A stretch of DNA of 64,000 nucleotides. It comes from Candidatus Endobugula sp. Lineage in GTDB: Bacteria; Pseudomonadota; Gammaproteobacteria; Pseudomonadales; Cellvibrionaceae. Made by a program: the position numbers and the translations under genes. The stretch spans positions 27,083 to 91,082 of the forward strand of contig JBLILH010000012.1 in the NCBI GenBank assembly GCA_047636495.1, in the 5' to 3' direction. This document shows, one piece after another, positions 10,826 to 24,619 of this stretch; position 1 is the stretch's first letter; the number at the start of each line of letters is the position of its first letter. The notes under the pieces were generated by a model that was not told the origin of the DNA, did not search any database, and was given only the letters and a program-made list of their open reading frames with translations.

Positions 10826-11877
10826 GTGGCCAACACGATAGAAAATATTCGACAATAATTTTCACACTAACGTCATTTAATATAAGCCCTGTCTTTATAG
10901 ATTTTGATGGCCCTTGCGGCACACAAACTCCTCAGTCTGTTGTTGATACGGTTGGCAATTAGTATCGTAAAGGTGATTCTAATTTGAACGAAGATTTTTT
11001 TTCTGACCATAAAACAGTCACTTTAATGCAATCTTCACATGACTCTATCGTAACATTAGTCAGTGCAGCGGCGCCTGAAAAAAATTGTTGTTAGCGCGAA
11101 TATTACCACGTTGACCTGATATTTTAGTCGCTTTATTAGTCAATCTTGGTAGGCAGGCGATATATTATTTTATCGCTGTTAGATCATGAGAGTAATTCGA
11201 TCGCATGGGAGGAAGTTTAAAAAATTAGGCACTCTGCGAAAGAAAATAATGCAACGAGCTGGCCGAATTATCCTGTCGCAAGGTAAATTAGTATTATCTA
11301 TGGCAACAAAAGATGTCGCTATAGAGCAAGGGGTAAAGGTGCGCTACGTACCCATTACAGACCATCAATGCGCTTTGAATTCACAAGCCCTAGATACTCT
11401 ACCAAATAAAAAAATGGCACATTGACAAACATAGAGGGCGTCGATTTGCTGCGGTATCAGCGAGTCAATTAGATTGTGATTTTTTAGTGGTTTTTTTATG
11501 GAAAGAGTCGTCATCTTGAAAAGTTAAAGCCTTATAAGGTATCGCCAGTACCTACTTATACGCCTAACTGCTGGGAGACCAGAGTTTTACACTTTGAGGC
11601 TTTAGTGGGCGTTATTACTGTGGCTAGCTATATTGCACCGTCATTCGATGGGCGTTATCCTAAAGATGTAGCTTGTGTATTGGGAGAAAATATATGTGTA
11701 CGGTCGAGTGGGCACTTGTATGCAGATAAATTAATCGATGAATTATCACGTAGTGATTCAGGTGTAATTTTGCGCGTAGGGTTAACACATTATAATATGG
11801 TTAAAAAAGTAGATCGTTTATTTGAAGAGTTAACTAGGTTTGTAGGTTGTGAAGATAGAATAAGAGAGGGCGGCTAA
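10826..11877 (+). pseudogene. Class V PLP enzyme, cysteine desulfurase-like (VC1184 subfamily, TIGR01976-like) remnant
   Basis: Ordered fragments across stops, frameshifts and deletions: IENIRQ*F, FDGPCGTQTPQSVVD, IVVSANITTLT*YFSRFISQSW*AGD, LLDHESNSIAW, AIEQGVKVRYV, LDCDFLV, LKPYKVSP...WET...FEALVGVITVASYIA, GHLYA...LRVGLTHYN...VDRLFEEL. Confidence 0.75.
11209..11317 (+). mobile_element. Transposase C-terminal fragment (IS1380-like, tentative) inside the PLP-enzyme pseudogene
   Basis: About 36 codons reading KKLGTLRKKIMQRAGRIILSQGKLVLSM, resembling IS1380-family C-termini, wedged between two colinear parts of the host gene. No terminal repeats recognised; boundaries approximate. Confidence 0.5.
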
Positions 11878-11886
11878 ATGCCGCCC
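11868..11886 (-). terminator. GC-rich hairpin, probable terminator of the HPF-like gene
   Basis: GGGCGGC-TAAAT-GCCGCCC, 24 nt past the stop at 11910; pyrimidine-rich tail on the minus strand. Confidence 0.5.
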
Positions 11887-11909
11887 CAAAAAAATGAGTA
11901 GTTAGTAAA

Positions 11910-12299
11910 CTAACCTACTTCGTCGAAGTCGTCTTCGATCATAGCATCCTGGTTAATCATTGGATCATCGAGATTACGACTACGTTGTCGCTTTGTTTGT
12001 AGTTGCTGAGTATACGACTTCAGTTTTCTCTCGGCGACATCGAATGCGTCTCTAACAGCAACATGAATAGACATATCGTTTTGGCTAACGGTGATGGGAC
12101 TGCCTTTTATATCTAACTCGACCGTTGCCCGAAACTCTTTACCTTTATGTTTATGATTGTGTGGGGACTCTAGTACCACACGGCTATGTTGAATATCACT
12201 ACTGAATCGTCTTAGTTTTTGTAATCGTTTATTGATAATAGAGTTAAGTGCTGCTGATGCATCAAGATCACGGTAGGTTACATTACTTGCCATTGTCAT
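11910..12299 (-). CDS. HPF/RaiA-family ribosome-associated protein (standalone copy)
   Basis: NVTYRDLDASAAL...RLQKLRRF, RVVLESPH, SIHVAVRDAFDVAERKLK pattern of the sigma54-modulation/S30EA fold; acidic tail. Confidence 0.85.
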   Translation of the reverse strand: MTMASNVTYRDLDASAALNSIINKRLQKLRRFSSDIQHSRVVLESPHNHKHKGKEFRATVELDIKGSPITVSQNDMSIHVAVRDAFDVAERKLKSYTQQLQTKRQRSRNLDDPMINQDAMIEDDFDEVG

Positions 12300-12690
12300 A
12301 TAGCATATCTCCAGTTATGGATGGTTTGTGAATAAAATGATTGATAAGAGTACAATCGCTGTCGAGCGACAAAGATTGGGATTCTGGAGAGGAGATTTTT
12401 CATTTTTATAAATCATGTAACTAATATCCGCCCATTGCAGCCTAATTTCAAGAGGAAAATGTGGCATGATTTACGCATGGAGTAATGAGAATATTTATAT
12501 GTGATCACTACTATATGTCGTGTTTTACACATTAACTGTCTGTATGCCTTGTAAATACTGGGAATTTTAAAAAGTTCCAAAATAAAAAATTTTATTTTTA
12601 ATAATATGATAGAGCAAAAAAATCTTTCATTATTTCTCAATATTCTAATAACAGTGTTATTTTAGCGGTTACTTATTAATCCATAGGCTA

Positions 12691-13713
12691 TTAATTACGA
12701 TCAAATGCACTTCTTTCCTCGTGAAATAACTTTGCTCTTACGGTTGTTCGATAATCGCTGGGAGAAAGTGCGAGCTTTTTGCGAAATACTTGCGAGAAAT
12801 GACTCACATCGCTATAACCTACCTTATCAGCAATATCCCCAATAAATAAGTTGCTAGATTGTAATAAGTCGCAGGCAGTATCCATGCGAATGTCTTGTAA
12901 ATATTGCAGCGGTGTTTTTGCTGTGGCTTCTTTAAATCGACGGCTAAAATTACGTTTGCTCATGTTGCATTGTATTGCCATATTATCAATGCTGATAAGC
13001 TTGCTTACATTTGTTTTTATCCATAATTGAATTTGCAGTATCTCCTCATCGGAATGATTAATATTACCATCCTCAAAGTAACTTACCGTTTCATATGCGC
13101 GGCGTACCTCATGTGAAAAGTGTCGTTCGATATGTTGTGCCACGGCCTTATTAAAAAATTGTTGAATAAAGTGAATAGTTAAGTCAGCCAACGAGTTGAT
13201 ACTTGCAGCACAATAAAGGTTGCCTGCCTGAGTAATAAAATGTTGTCGCTTTAATTTAACTAACGGGTACTGTTTTTGAAACTGATCAAAGTAATACCAA
13301 TGTGTGGTGGCAGGCTTGTGATTAAGTAGGCCTGCTTCTGCCATAAAACAGCAGCCTGTACCGACACCACTAATCAGTGCGCCTTGCTCATAGTGCTTCT
13401 GTAGCCACGGTATTAATGCTTGGCTGTCTGCCAATATTGGTCTTGGGTTGCGCCAAAGTGCTGGTAAGTAAATAAGATCGGCTTGTCGAATATCTGATAA
13501 TACATGGGATGGCGATAAAGCAAAGGGAAGATCTTGAGCTTTATGCGTCACTTGTTTAACAGCTGTGGTTATCAGCTCGATAGGCGGGCTGTCTGGGCAT
13601 AAGGTCTTTGCAGCTTGATTCGCTGCACTAAACATATCGGCAGGCCAGCTCATGCTGGTAGATAGCATCTGCGGTGATAAGACAAATACCGCTTTAATCG
13701 TTGTTTTTTTCAT
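12691..13713 (-). CDS. GlxA-family transcriptional regulator (DJ-1/PfpI + AraC HTH)
   Basis: GTGCCFMAEAGLLNHKPATTHW and C-terminal double HTH (SKRNFSRRFKEAT, IADKVGYSDVSHFSQVFRK). Start placed at ATG 13713. Confidence 0.9.
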   Translation of the reverse strand: MKKTTIKAVFVLSPQMLSTSMSWPADMFSAANQAAKTLCPDSPPIELITTAVKQVTHKAQDLPFALSPSHVLSDIRQADLIYLPALWRNPRPILADSQALIPWLQKHYEQGALISGVGTGCCFMAEAGLLNHKPATTHWYYFDQFQKQYPLVKLKRQHFITQAGNLYCAASINSLADLTIHFIQQFFNKAVAQHIERHFSHEVRRAYETVSYFEDGNINHSDEEILQIQLWIKTNVSKLISIDNMAIQCNMSKRNFSRRFKEATAKTPLQYLQDIRMDTACDLLQSSNLFIGDIADKVGYSDVSHFSQVFRKKLALSPSDYRTTVRAKLFHEERSAFDRN

Positions 13714-13938
13714 ACATTGTCCGTTTTTTATCAGCGAGCTATAAACCACTTATTAAAGCTAAAATAAGGAGTTATGCGTGCCTTATATGACACTTTTTAC
13801 AGGTTATCGTTGTCTTGTCTCTTTTTCAATACAATTTGGCTCTATTATGATGATGGAGTGACGATTAACCTTCTACACTACATGTGTTGTGGTTTTTATC
13901 AGTCGTTGTGTAGTCCCATTTTTAAGAGAGAGCAGTCT

Positions 13939-15861
13939 ATGTCCAGGTTACCCGTTATTGTTAGCTTTGGTGGTTACAATGCAGCCGGGAGAAGTTCTTT
14001 TCATCAGGGCTATCAGCGAACGGTTATTGATTCTTTACCTAAAGAAAAACAGCAAGAAACGATTGCTGGTCTAGCCGTTATGATGGGTAAGGTACACTTC
14101 GTTGACGGTCAGTATCTTGGTGCGGACGGACAGGCCCTCTCGTTGGGTGACGTTAATAAACAATATCGACAAGAGGTCCTCGATAATACCTTAGTACGCA
14201 AGATAGGTCGTGAGCACTTCGACATTGATGCCATACCGACGCATCAGAAACTATCACTTTCTCAGGTATCGGGTCATACAATTACGTTTGAGTTGTCCAA
14301 GCGCCTACTTCCAGACCCTCTCCCCGTAAATTGGCAGGTGAGTGATGTGATTAACAATACGGTGAGTGTGTCTATTCAAGCATCTACCGAGCACGCTGAT
14401 CCTAGTATAATGCTGCAAACCAGTTATCGTTCGGCAGTACAATCGGCTGGGCAATTACCTACAGGCTTCGACCCGTCAGTACTTTACCCGTCCCGATTTC
14501 ATCCCCGGGGGCTGCAGCTATCTATCATAGGGGCATCTGATGCGGTAAATTCGATGGGTATTGATTGGGAAACTATTGTTGACCGGTTACCACCGGATCA
14601 AATTGGTGTGTATTCCACCAGTGCGATGAGCCAGCTAGATGAGCATAGCAATGCTGGTTTATTACAATCACGTTTACGCGGTGAGCGTGTGTCGACCAAG
14701 CAGCTAGCGTTTGGCTTTAGTTCTATGCCAACCGATTTTATCAATGCCTATGTGCTTGGTAGCTTAGGCGCCACAGGCAGTGTGGCCGGAGCTTGTGCGA
14801 GTTTCTTATATAACTTGCAGCTTGGCATGGAAGATATTCGTTCTGGTCGTCGCCGTGTGGTGATGGTGGGCAGTAGCGAAGCGCCTATTACGCCTGAAAT
14901 TATTGACGGTTATGCGACAATGAGTGCTTTGGCAACCGACGAAAAACTATGCCGCTTAGATGGAACCGATACACCTGACCATCGTCGTGCAAGTCGTCCA
15001 TTTGGTGAAAATTGTGGTTTTACGCTAGCTGAATCAACGCAGCAAGTCATTTTAATGGATGATGAGTTAGCTATAGAGTTGGGTGCAACAATCCATGGCT
15101 CGGTACTTGATGTATTTACTAATGCCGATGGTTATAAAAAGTCGATATCTTCCCCTGGCCCAGGTAATTATTTAACGTTGGCAAAAGCCGTCGCGTCGGC
15201 CAGTCGTTTACTAGGGGGGAAAGCGATAGCTGAACGTAGCTTTATTCAAGCACATGGCTCTGGTACACCTCAAAATAGGGTGACAGAGTCAGCGATATTT
15301 GACTGTGTAGCCAAAGCCTTCGACATTAAACAGTGGCCGCTGGCCGCAGTGAAGGCGTACGTAGGACATTCTTTGGCAGCCGCAAGCGGAGATCAGTTAA
15401 TTAGTAGTTTAGGCGTTTTTAAGCACGGCATTGTTCCCGGTATTAAAACCATCGATAAGCCCGCCGCCGATGTTATGCACGAGCGCTTATCTATCTCTAG
15501 TAAAGATCAAATTTGTGATGTGGCACCAGAAGTCGCTTTTCTAAACGCTAAAGGTTTCGGTGGGAATAATGCGACCGCGAGCATCTTATCGCCACAGCGT
15601 ACATTAGATATGTTGACCACACGTTATGGCAAAGAGGTCATGGTAAGTTATTACGAACGTAACGACGCTGTCGCCAAAAAAGCTGCTGAATATAATGCGG
15701 CAGCACTGCAAGGCGATTTTCGTGTCCGATATGGCTTTGGTTGTAATATGATCGATGAAAAAGCGATTGAAATTGATAAGATGAAGATTAATGTGCCAGG
15801 TTACGGTCAGCCAATTGACTTGTCGAATGAAAACATTTACAAGGATATGGTAGGAAAGTAG
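13939..15861 (+). CDS. fabY: Beta-ketoacyl-ACP synthase, FabY type (PA5174-like initiation enzyme)
   Basis: MSRLPVIVSFGGYNAAGRSSFH N-terminus as in P. aeruginosa FabY; Cys-His-His residues in GACAS, QAHGSGT and VGHSLAAA; GFGGNNA. Start placed at ATG 13939 (640 aa). Confidence 0.88.
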   Translation: MSRLPVIVSFGGYNAAGRSSFHQGYQRTVIDSLPKEKQQETIAGLAVMMGKVHFVDGQYLGADGQALSLGDVNKQYRQEVLDNTLVRKIGREHFDIDAIPTHQKLSLSQVSGHTITFELSKRLLPDPLPVNWQVSDVINNTVSVSIQASTEHADPSIMLQTSYRSAVQSAGQLPTGFDPSVLYPSRFHPRGLQLSIIGASDAVNSMGIDWETIVDRLPPDQIGVYSTSAMSQLDEHSNAGLLQSRLRGERVSTKQLAFGFSSMPTDFINAYVLGSLGATGSVAGACASFLYNLQLGMEDIRSGRRRVVMVGSSEAPITPEIIDGYATMSALATDEKLCRLDGTDTPDHRRASRPFGENCGFTLAESTQQVILMDDELAIELGATIHGSVLDVFTNADGYKKSISSPGPGNYLTLAKAVASASRLLGGKAIAERSFIQAHGSGTPQNRVTESAIFDCVAKAFDIKQWPLAAVKAYVGHSLAAASGDQLISSLGVFKHGIVPGIKTIDKPAADVMHERLSISSKDQICDVAPEVAFLNAKGFGGNNATASILSPQRTLDMLTTRYGKEVMVSYYERNDAVAKKAAEYNAAALQGDFRVRYGFGCNMIDEKAIEIDKMKINVPGYGQPIDLSNENIYKDMVGK

Positions 15862-15942
15862 GTTCGACTCGAGATAGATCGGCTAGTGTATAAAGTAATT
15901 AATAAATGATCTTTAATAGTGGTGAGGAACAATAATAAGAAT

Positions 15943-16485
15943 ATGAGTGAAGAAACAGCGGTGCGGTTACAAAAAGTAAGAAAAATTTATGGTCTATCCC
16001 AGCGTGAATTAGCTAAGCGCGCGGGGGTTACTAACAGTAGTGTGTCCATGATAGAGCAAGGACGTGTTAGTCCTTCTCTTAGTTCGTTGGAGAAATTGCT
16101 CAAAGGCATTCCAATGAATCTCAAAGATTTTTTCAGTATCGACTTTAACGATGAAACAGATTGTTTTTTTCGCAGTTATCAAATGTTCTCTTACAGTGAT
16201 AAAACGGCAGATTATTATCGTCTTGCACGTAACGAAGAGGATAATCGTAGCCAGCTAAATTATGAGGTCTACGGGCCCAGCAGCGATACTGGCGAAGCCC
16301 TGTTAGTTGATCAGGGGCGCTCAAGTGGTTTTATTGTTCAGGGTACACTTAATGTCATTATTGGTGGTCAAATTAATACACTAGATGCGGGTGATGGCTT
16401 TGTTGTGGAAGCAGGTCACCCTTATCGTTTTAAAAACTTAACAGATGCGAAAGCTATTTTGGTCATTAATCGCTCTAGATATTAG
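15943..16485 (+). CDS. XRE-family HTH + cupin transcriptional regulator (PuuR/PauR-like)
   Basis: GLSQRELAKRAGVTNSSVSMIEQGRVSPSLSSL HTH; cupin tail (GFIVQG, LDAGDGF, PYRFKN). Confidence 0.88.
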   Translation: MSEETAVRLQKVRKIYGLSQRELAKRAGVTNSSVSMIEQGRVSPSLSSLEKLLKGIPMNLKDFFSIDFNDETDCFFRSYQMFSYSDKTADYYRLARNEEDNRSQLNYEVYGPSSDTGEALLVDQGRSSGFIVQGTLNVIIGGQINTLDAGDGFVVEAGHPYRFKNLTDAKAILVINRSRY

Positions 16486-16712
16486 TCTCAGTGTGGAGAT
16501 AAGAACACAAAAGGCGCAACGTCGGCTATTATTAATGCAATAGCACATGAGCATTTCTGCATTCTATTGCTTACCCGTTTAATCGATGTAGCTAAATATA
16601 TTGGTATAAGTCGCTCAAGCCATAGTGTGACAATCATGGTGTTTTGTGAGCGGAGTCGCGAGGGGCACTGAATAGATAGGGTGCATCTAGAAAACAGCAA
16701 TAGGAGAAAGTG

Positions 16713-20104
<3,392 letters not shown>

Positions 20105-20185
20105 TGAGCTTTTGATGCGTTGATGATTATAAAATGAGCACTAATGACGCAATAGTAAAAAAAAGCATAAATCCCCTATATTTTG

Positions 20186-20214
20186 TTGAACCCTTATCAC
20201 CTCTATGGCACAAT
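20186..20214 (+). promoter_or_regulatory. sigma70-type promoter with GC-rich discriminator upstream of tRNA-Leu
   Basis: TTGAAC-N17-CACAAT with a TGn extension, followed by GCGCAGCC. Confidence 0.5.
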
Positions 20215-20382
20215 GCGCAGCCTTAGAGTGTAGGGGCTAGCAGGTTTTTATGAAAAATCATTTAAATCAATAAGTTAGTGGTTTCTTGTGTTTATTATGT
20301 ATAATACGTAAAAGCGCTGGTGCCAGATACATGCAAGGCAGGCAGCAAGAAATCGACACCGATCCTTGTGTTGAGTTGTATC

Positions 20383-20467
<85 letters not shown>

Positions 20468-20737
20468 TTTATAAAGCACTATAAAAATTACACGCTACAA
20501 CTTATACTCCACTTAGATACGTTGAAAAATCTGCGGTTATGAGGTGAGTCAGTGTTAAAGAATATAAGTACAAGGCAAGCCAAATAGCTCCCTGTCTTCC
20601 CCCAGCCCTGTTGTTGAGACAGGCTTCTACTCGTTTTACCCTTTGATACATTCTTTTATCGCTGACTTTTATCACTGTTAGTAAATAACATTCCACTATT
20701 TATAGAAAGACTCCACCCAAGGCAAAGAGAGAGAATC

Positions 20738-22054
20738 ATGCAAGTTTCTATTGAAACCATATCAGGTCTGGAACGACGTTTAACCGTAGGTGTTCCTGCA
20801 GAACAAGTTGATGATCGTGCAGACGCGCGCTTAAAAGAAGCCGCTAAAACTATCCGCATTAATGGTTTTCGTAAGGGTAAAGCACCTTTGAAAGTGATTA
20901 AAAAGCAATACGGTGAAGGTGTTCGTCAAGAAATATTAGGCGATGTTATCAATACTTCTTTGCAAGCAGCTTTTGAGCAAGAGAAAGTACAGCCTGCTGG
21001 TCAGCCAAAAATCGAAATTACTCAGTTTGAGTCCGGCAAAGATTTAGAGTTTGCTGCGGTATTTGAAGTCTACCCAGAAATCGTAATAGCGTCATTTGAT
21101 GATTTCAGCGTTGAAAAACTAACGGCTGACATTGCCGAAGATAATATTGACACTATGGTTGAGTCGTTACGTGGTCAGCAAGCTACGTTAACGGTTGTCG
21201 AGCGCGTAGCAGCCAATGGCGATAGTGTTAACGTAGATTATTTAGGGACGAAAGACGGCGAAGAATTTGCTGGTGGTAAAGCAGAAAAGCAAGACCTAGT
21301 GCTAGGTTCTCGGGCTATGATTCCAGGTTTTGAAGAAGGGATAGAGGGGCTTGGTGCAGGTGATCACAAAACCTTATCGCTAAGTTTTCCAGACGATTAC
21401 CATGCTGATGAGCTTAAAGGCGCTGCGGTAGAGTTTGCGGTAACAGTTAACAGTGTATCGGAGAAAGTGTTACCTGCTGTTGACGAGGCGCTATTGAAGA
21501 AGTTTGGCGCAGAACATGGTGACTTGACCAGGTTTCGTGAAGATATTAAGAAAAATATGGTGCGTGAATTAGCGACAGCAGTCAAAAACAAAATTAAAAC
21601 ATCCGTAATGGATCAACTGTTAGAAGCTAATAAAGTTGACTTGCCAAGTGCTTTGATAGCTTCGGAAACTGAAGCGCTTAGAAATCAAATGATGCAACAG
21701 TTTGGCGGTATGCAACAAAATAAAGATTTGGATCTTAAGTCATTATTGCCTGATGATATGTTTAAAGAGCAAGCAAATCGTCGTGTCGCTCTAGGTTTGC
21801 TGTTGAGTGAAGTCGTCAAGGAAAATAAACTGATAGTCGATGCTGGCAAAGTGATCTCAACGATTGAGGAATTGGCGGCTTCTTATGATGATCCACAGGA
21901 AGTCATAAATTACTATAATCAAAACCCTCAATTGAAATCAGGTATTGAATCTTCTGTTTTAGAAGATATGGTTGTTGATCTTATCTTAGAAAAAGCGACT
22001 GTTACCGAAAAATCAGTTAGTTATGAAGACGCTGTAAGTAAAGATAGCGAATAA
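20738..22054 (+). CDS. tig: Trigger factor
   Basis: MQVSIET..GLERRL start, GFRKGKAP ribosome-binding loop, FKBP domain (MIPGFEEGI). Confidence 0.97.
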   Translation: MQVSIETISGLERRLTVGVPAEQVDDRADARLKEAAKTIRINGFRKGKAPLKVIKKQYGEGVRQEILGDVINTSLQAAFEQEKVQPAGQPKIEITQFESGKDLEFAAVFEVYPEIVIASFDDFSVEKLTADIAEDNIDTMVESLRGQQATLTVVERVAANGDSVNVDYLGTKDGEEFAGGKAEKQDLVLGSRAMIPGFEEGIEGLGAGDHKTLSLSFPDDYHADELKGAAVEFAVTVNSVSEKVLPAVDEALLKKFGAEHGDLTRFREDIKKNMVRELATAVKNKIKTSVMDQLLEANKVDLPSALIASETEALRNQMMQQFGGMQQNKDLDLKSLLPDDMFKEQANRRVALGLLLSEVVKENKLIVDAGKVISTIEELAASYDDPQEVINYYNQNPQLKSGIESSVLEDMVVDLILEKATVTEKSVSYEDAVSKDSE

Positions 22055-22111
22055 GCAATCGTTTGCTTATTGATCTAATCGCTTATTGAATAATCAATCA
22101 TGGTATAAAAA

Positions 22112-22139
22112 TTATCCCATCCCTTAAGGGGTGGGATAA
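22112..22139. terminator. Hairpin between tig and clpP
   Basis: TTATCCCATCCC-TTAA-GGGGTGGGATAA, 12-bp stem with one G-U pair. Confidence 0.45.
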
Positions 22140-22287
22140 ATCCCCTCTTATATTTTTCAGATGACTGGCAACTCTTGCAATCACGGGTTAAGCTTAATTT
22201 AAAGCGATGGCGTATGTTGCAGGAGATCTGTTTTCTGTTCAGCGACGTTATAAGAGGCACACTTGTCAAAACGGGAATCAAGTCAAC

Positions 22288-22953
22288 ATGACCAACTTTC
22301 AACCTCATAATGCAAAGCAAGGTGGGATGCCCACAATGACATCAATGGTAGATGTGACTAGTAGTGGCCTTGTTCCTATGGTCGTAGAACAGACTGCACG
22401 CGGTGAACGTTCTTACGATATCTACTCACGGTTACTTAAAGAGCGTGTTATCTTTCTTGTCGGTCAAGTTGAAGATCATATGGCGAACCTTGTTGTTGCG
22501 CAGTTGCTCTTCTTAGAAGCCGAAAATCCAGACAAAGATATCCATTTGTATATTAATTCACCGGGTGGATCTGTAACTGCTGGCATGTCTATTTACGACA
22601 CCATGCAGTTCATTAAGCCAGACGTGAGTACTATGTGTATCGGTCAGGCGTGTAGTATGGGAGCGTTTTTGTTGAACGCCGGTGCAGCGGGTAAGCGTTT
22701 TTGCTTGCCGAATGCGCGCACCATGATTCACCAGCCAAGTGGTGGTGCTCAAGGGCAAGCGACCGATATTTCGATTCAAGCAGAAGAAATCTTGAAGATA
22801 CGGCAACGTCTTAACGAGATTATGGCAAAACATTCAGGGCGAGACGTGGAAGACGTTGCTCGCGACACAGAACGTGATCGCTTTATGAGCGCCGACGAGT
22901 CAAAGGCATATGGTCTAATAGATGATGTGTTAGCGTCGCGTAATATTGACTAG
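22288..22953 (+). CDS. clpP: ATP-dependent Clp protease proteolytic subunit
   Basis: [33 protein letters not shown], catalytic Ser (ACSMGA), His (MIHQP). Exact start uncertain. Confidence 0.97.
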   Translation: MTNFQPHNAKQGGMPTMTSMVDVTSSGLVPMVVEQTARGERSYDIYSRLLKERVIFLVGQVEDHMANLVVAQLLFLEAENPDKDIHLYINSPGGSVTAGMSIYDTMQFIKPDVSTMCIGQACSMGAFLLNAGAAGKRFCLPNARTMIHQPSGGAQGQATDISIQAEEILKIRQRLNEIMAKHSGRDVEDVARDTERDRFMSADESKAYGLIDDVLASRNID

Positions 22954-23093
22954 TGCGCTAAATAAGGCGCCATTATAGCGTGCCAATATTAGCCAACACT
23001 GAGTTACATTGTATAGAGAATACGTTTGCATTAAATATTTCAGCAAACGTACATAATTAATTGACAGATTCGATAGAAAAATAAGGTATTAAA

Positions 23094-24392
23094 ATGGCCG
23101 ATAAAGGTAAAGACGGAACTGATGACAGCGGTAAATTGCTTTATTGTTCGTTTTGTGGAAAAAGCCAACACGAAGTCCGTAAGTTAATTGCAGGCCCATC
23201 GGTATTTATTTGTAATGAATGCGTCGATTTATGTAATGACATCATTCGCGAAGAGATTCAAGAGAGTGCGTCTTCAGAAGGTGGATCTGAAAAGCTCCCA
23301 ACGCCGAAAGAGATTACAGGGATTCTAGACCAATACGTTATCGGTCAGTTTCGTGCTAAACGAGTATTATCTGTTGCCGTCTACAACCATTACAAGCGTT
23401 TACGTTTCGGAGAAGCAGAAGGTAAAGACAAAGATACTGTTGAGTTAGGTAAAAGTAATATTCTTATGGTGGGACCAACCGGCAGTGGTAAAACATTGTT
23501 GGCTGAAACACTCGCTCGCTTATTAGATGTCCCTTTTACTATCGCCGATGCCACCACGCTAACTGAAGCAGGTTACGTAGGTGAAGACGTTGAAAATATC
23601 ATTCAAAAATTATTACAAAAATGTGATTACGATGTGGAAAAAGCGCAGCAAGGCATTGTTTACATTGACGAGATTGACAAGATCTCACGTAAAAGTGATA
23701 ACCCGTCAATTACTCGTGATGTTTCTGGCGAAGGTGTTCAGCAAGCATTATTGAAGTTGATCGAGGGTACTGTTGCTTCAGTGCCACCACAAGGTGGTCG
23801 TAAACATCCCCAGCAAGAGTTTCTGCAAGTCGATACTTCAAATATATTGTTCGTTTGTGGTGGTGCGTTTGCAGGCTTAGATAAGGTTATTCGCGATCGT
23901 TCGGAGAAGGGTGGCATTGGGTTTAATGCCGTCGTGAAAAATAAAGATAAGGACAAAGGTATAGGTGAAGCGCTGAAGAATCTTGAATCAGAAGATTTGG
24001 TTGCATACGGTCTAATTCCGGAGTTTGTGGGTCGCTTACCCATGATAGCCACATTGGAAGAGTTGGATGAACAAGCTTTGATCCAAATTCTGACAGAACC
24101 GAAAAATTCTCTCACCAAGCAGTATACGAAGTTATTTGAAATGGAAGGTGTAGAAATCGATTTTCGTGAAGATGCTCTTAAGGCTGTTGCGATTAAAGCA
24201 ATGATGAGGAAAACCGGTGCCCGTGGTCTTCGATCCATCATGGAAGCGGTATTGTTAGATACAATGTACCGTATTCCATCCGAAGAAAACGTCGTTAAGG
24301 TTGTCGTTGATGAAGGTGTGATTAACGGCGAGTCCGAACCACTACTGGTCTACGATAACGCCGATAAAGTCAGAGCACAAATGGAAGAATAG
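23094..24392 (+). CDS. clpX: ATP-dependent Clp protease ATP-binding subunit ClpX
   Basis: CSFC...CNECVDLC zinc finger, [17 protein letters not shown] loop, GARGLR. Confidence 0.98.
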   Translation: MADKGKDGTDDSGKLLYCSFCGKSQHEVRKLIAGPSVFICNECVDLCNDIIREEIQESASSEGGSEKLPTPKEITGILDQYVIGQFRAKRVLSVAVYNHYKRLRFGEAEGKDKDTVELGKSNILMVGPTGSGKTLLAETLARLLDVPFTIADATTLTEAGYVGEDVENIIQKLLQKCDYDVEKAQQGIVYIDEIDKISRKSDNPSITRDVSGEGVQQALLKLIEGTVASVPPQGGRKHPQQEFLQVDTSNILFVCGGAFAGLDKVIRDRSEKGGIGFNAVVKNKDKDKGIGEALKNLESEDLVAYGLIPEFVGRLPMIATLEELDEQALIQILTEPKNSLTKQYTKLFEMEGVEIDFREDALKAVAIKAMMRKTGARGLRSIMEAVLLDTMYRIPSEENVVKVVVDEGVINGESEPLLVYDNADKVRAQMEE

Positions 24393-24407
24393 GCACCTTT
24401 GCTTCAT

Positions 24408-24436
24408 AAACGGCCTCCTTTAAGGAGGCCGTTTTT
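24408..24436 (+). terminator. Rho-independent terminator after clpX
   Basis: AAACGGCCTCCTTTAAGGAGGCCGTTTTT, GC-rich stem plus T-run. Confidence 0.8.
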
Positions 24437-24468
24437 GTATGCAGTATAAGGATTTCCTAATGTACACA

Positions 24469-24496
24469 CTTGTAATTTAGTTCGATGGTCACCACT
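24469..24496 (+). promoter_or_regulatory. Putative sigma32 heat-shock promoter of lon
   Basis: CTTGTA-N15-CACCACT resembles CTTGAA-N13-17-CCCCATnT; lon is an established sigma32 target. Confidence 0.45.
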
Positions 24497-24619
24497 ATAA
24501 ACGAGATAACAAGACTGAACATGTCATTGGGTTAAATCGCTTTTTAGTGCAGTGTCTAGCCCAGATTATTGTGTTGTATTAAATCTACAGCTACTCCCCT
24601 ACATAAAGAGGTCCAAATA

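Noticed and set aside
11186-11425. 79-aa ORF as a real protein
   Set aside because: It is a chimeric frame running from the transposase shard into a piece of the PLP-enzyme pseudogene.
12462-12477. sigma54-like TGGCAT-N5-ACGCA
   Set aside because: Weak -12 element, and it points antisense into the 3' end of the GlxA gene with no plausible target.
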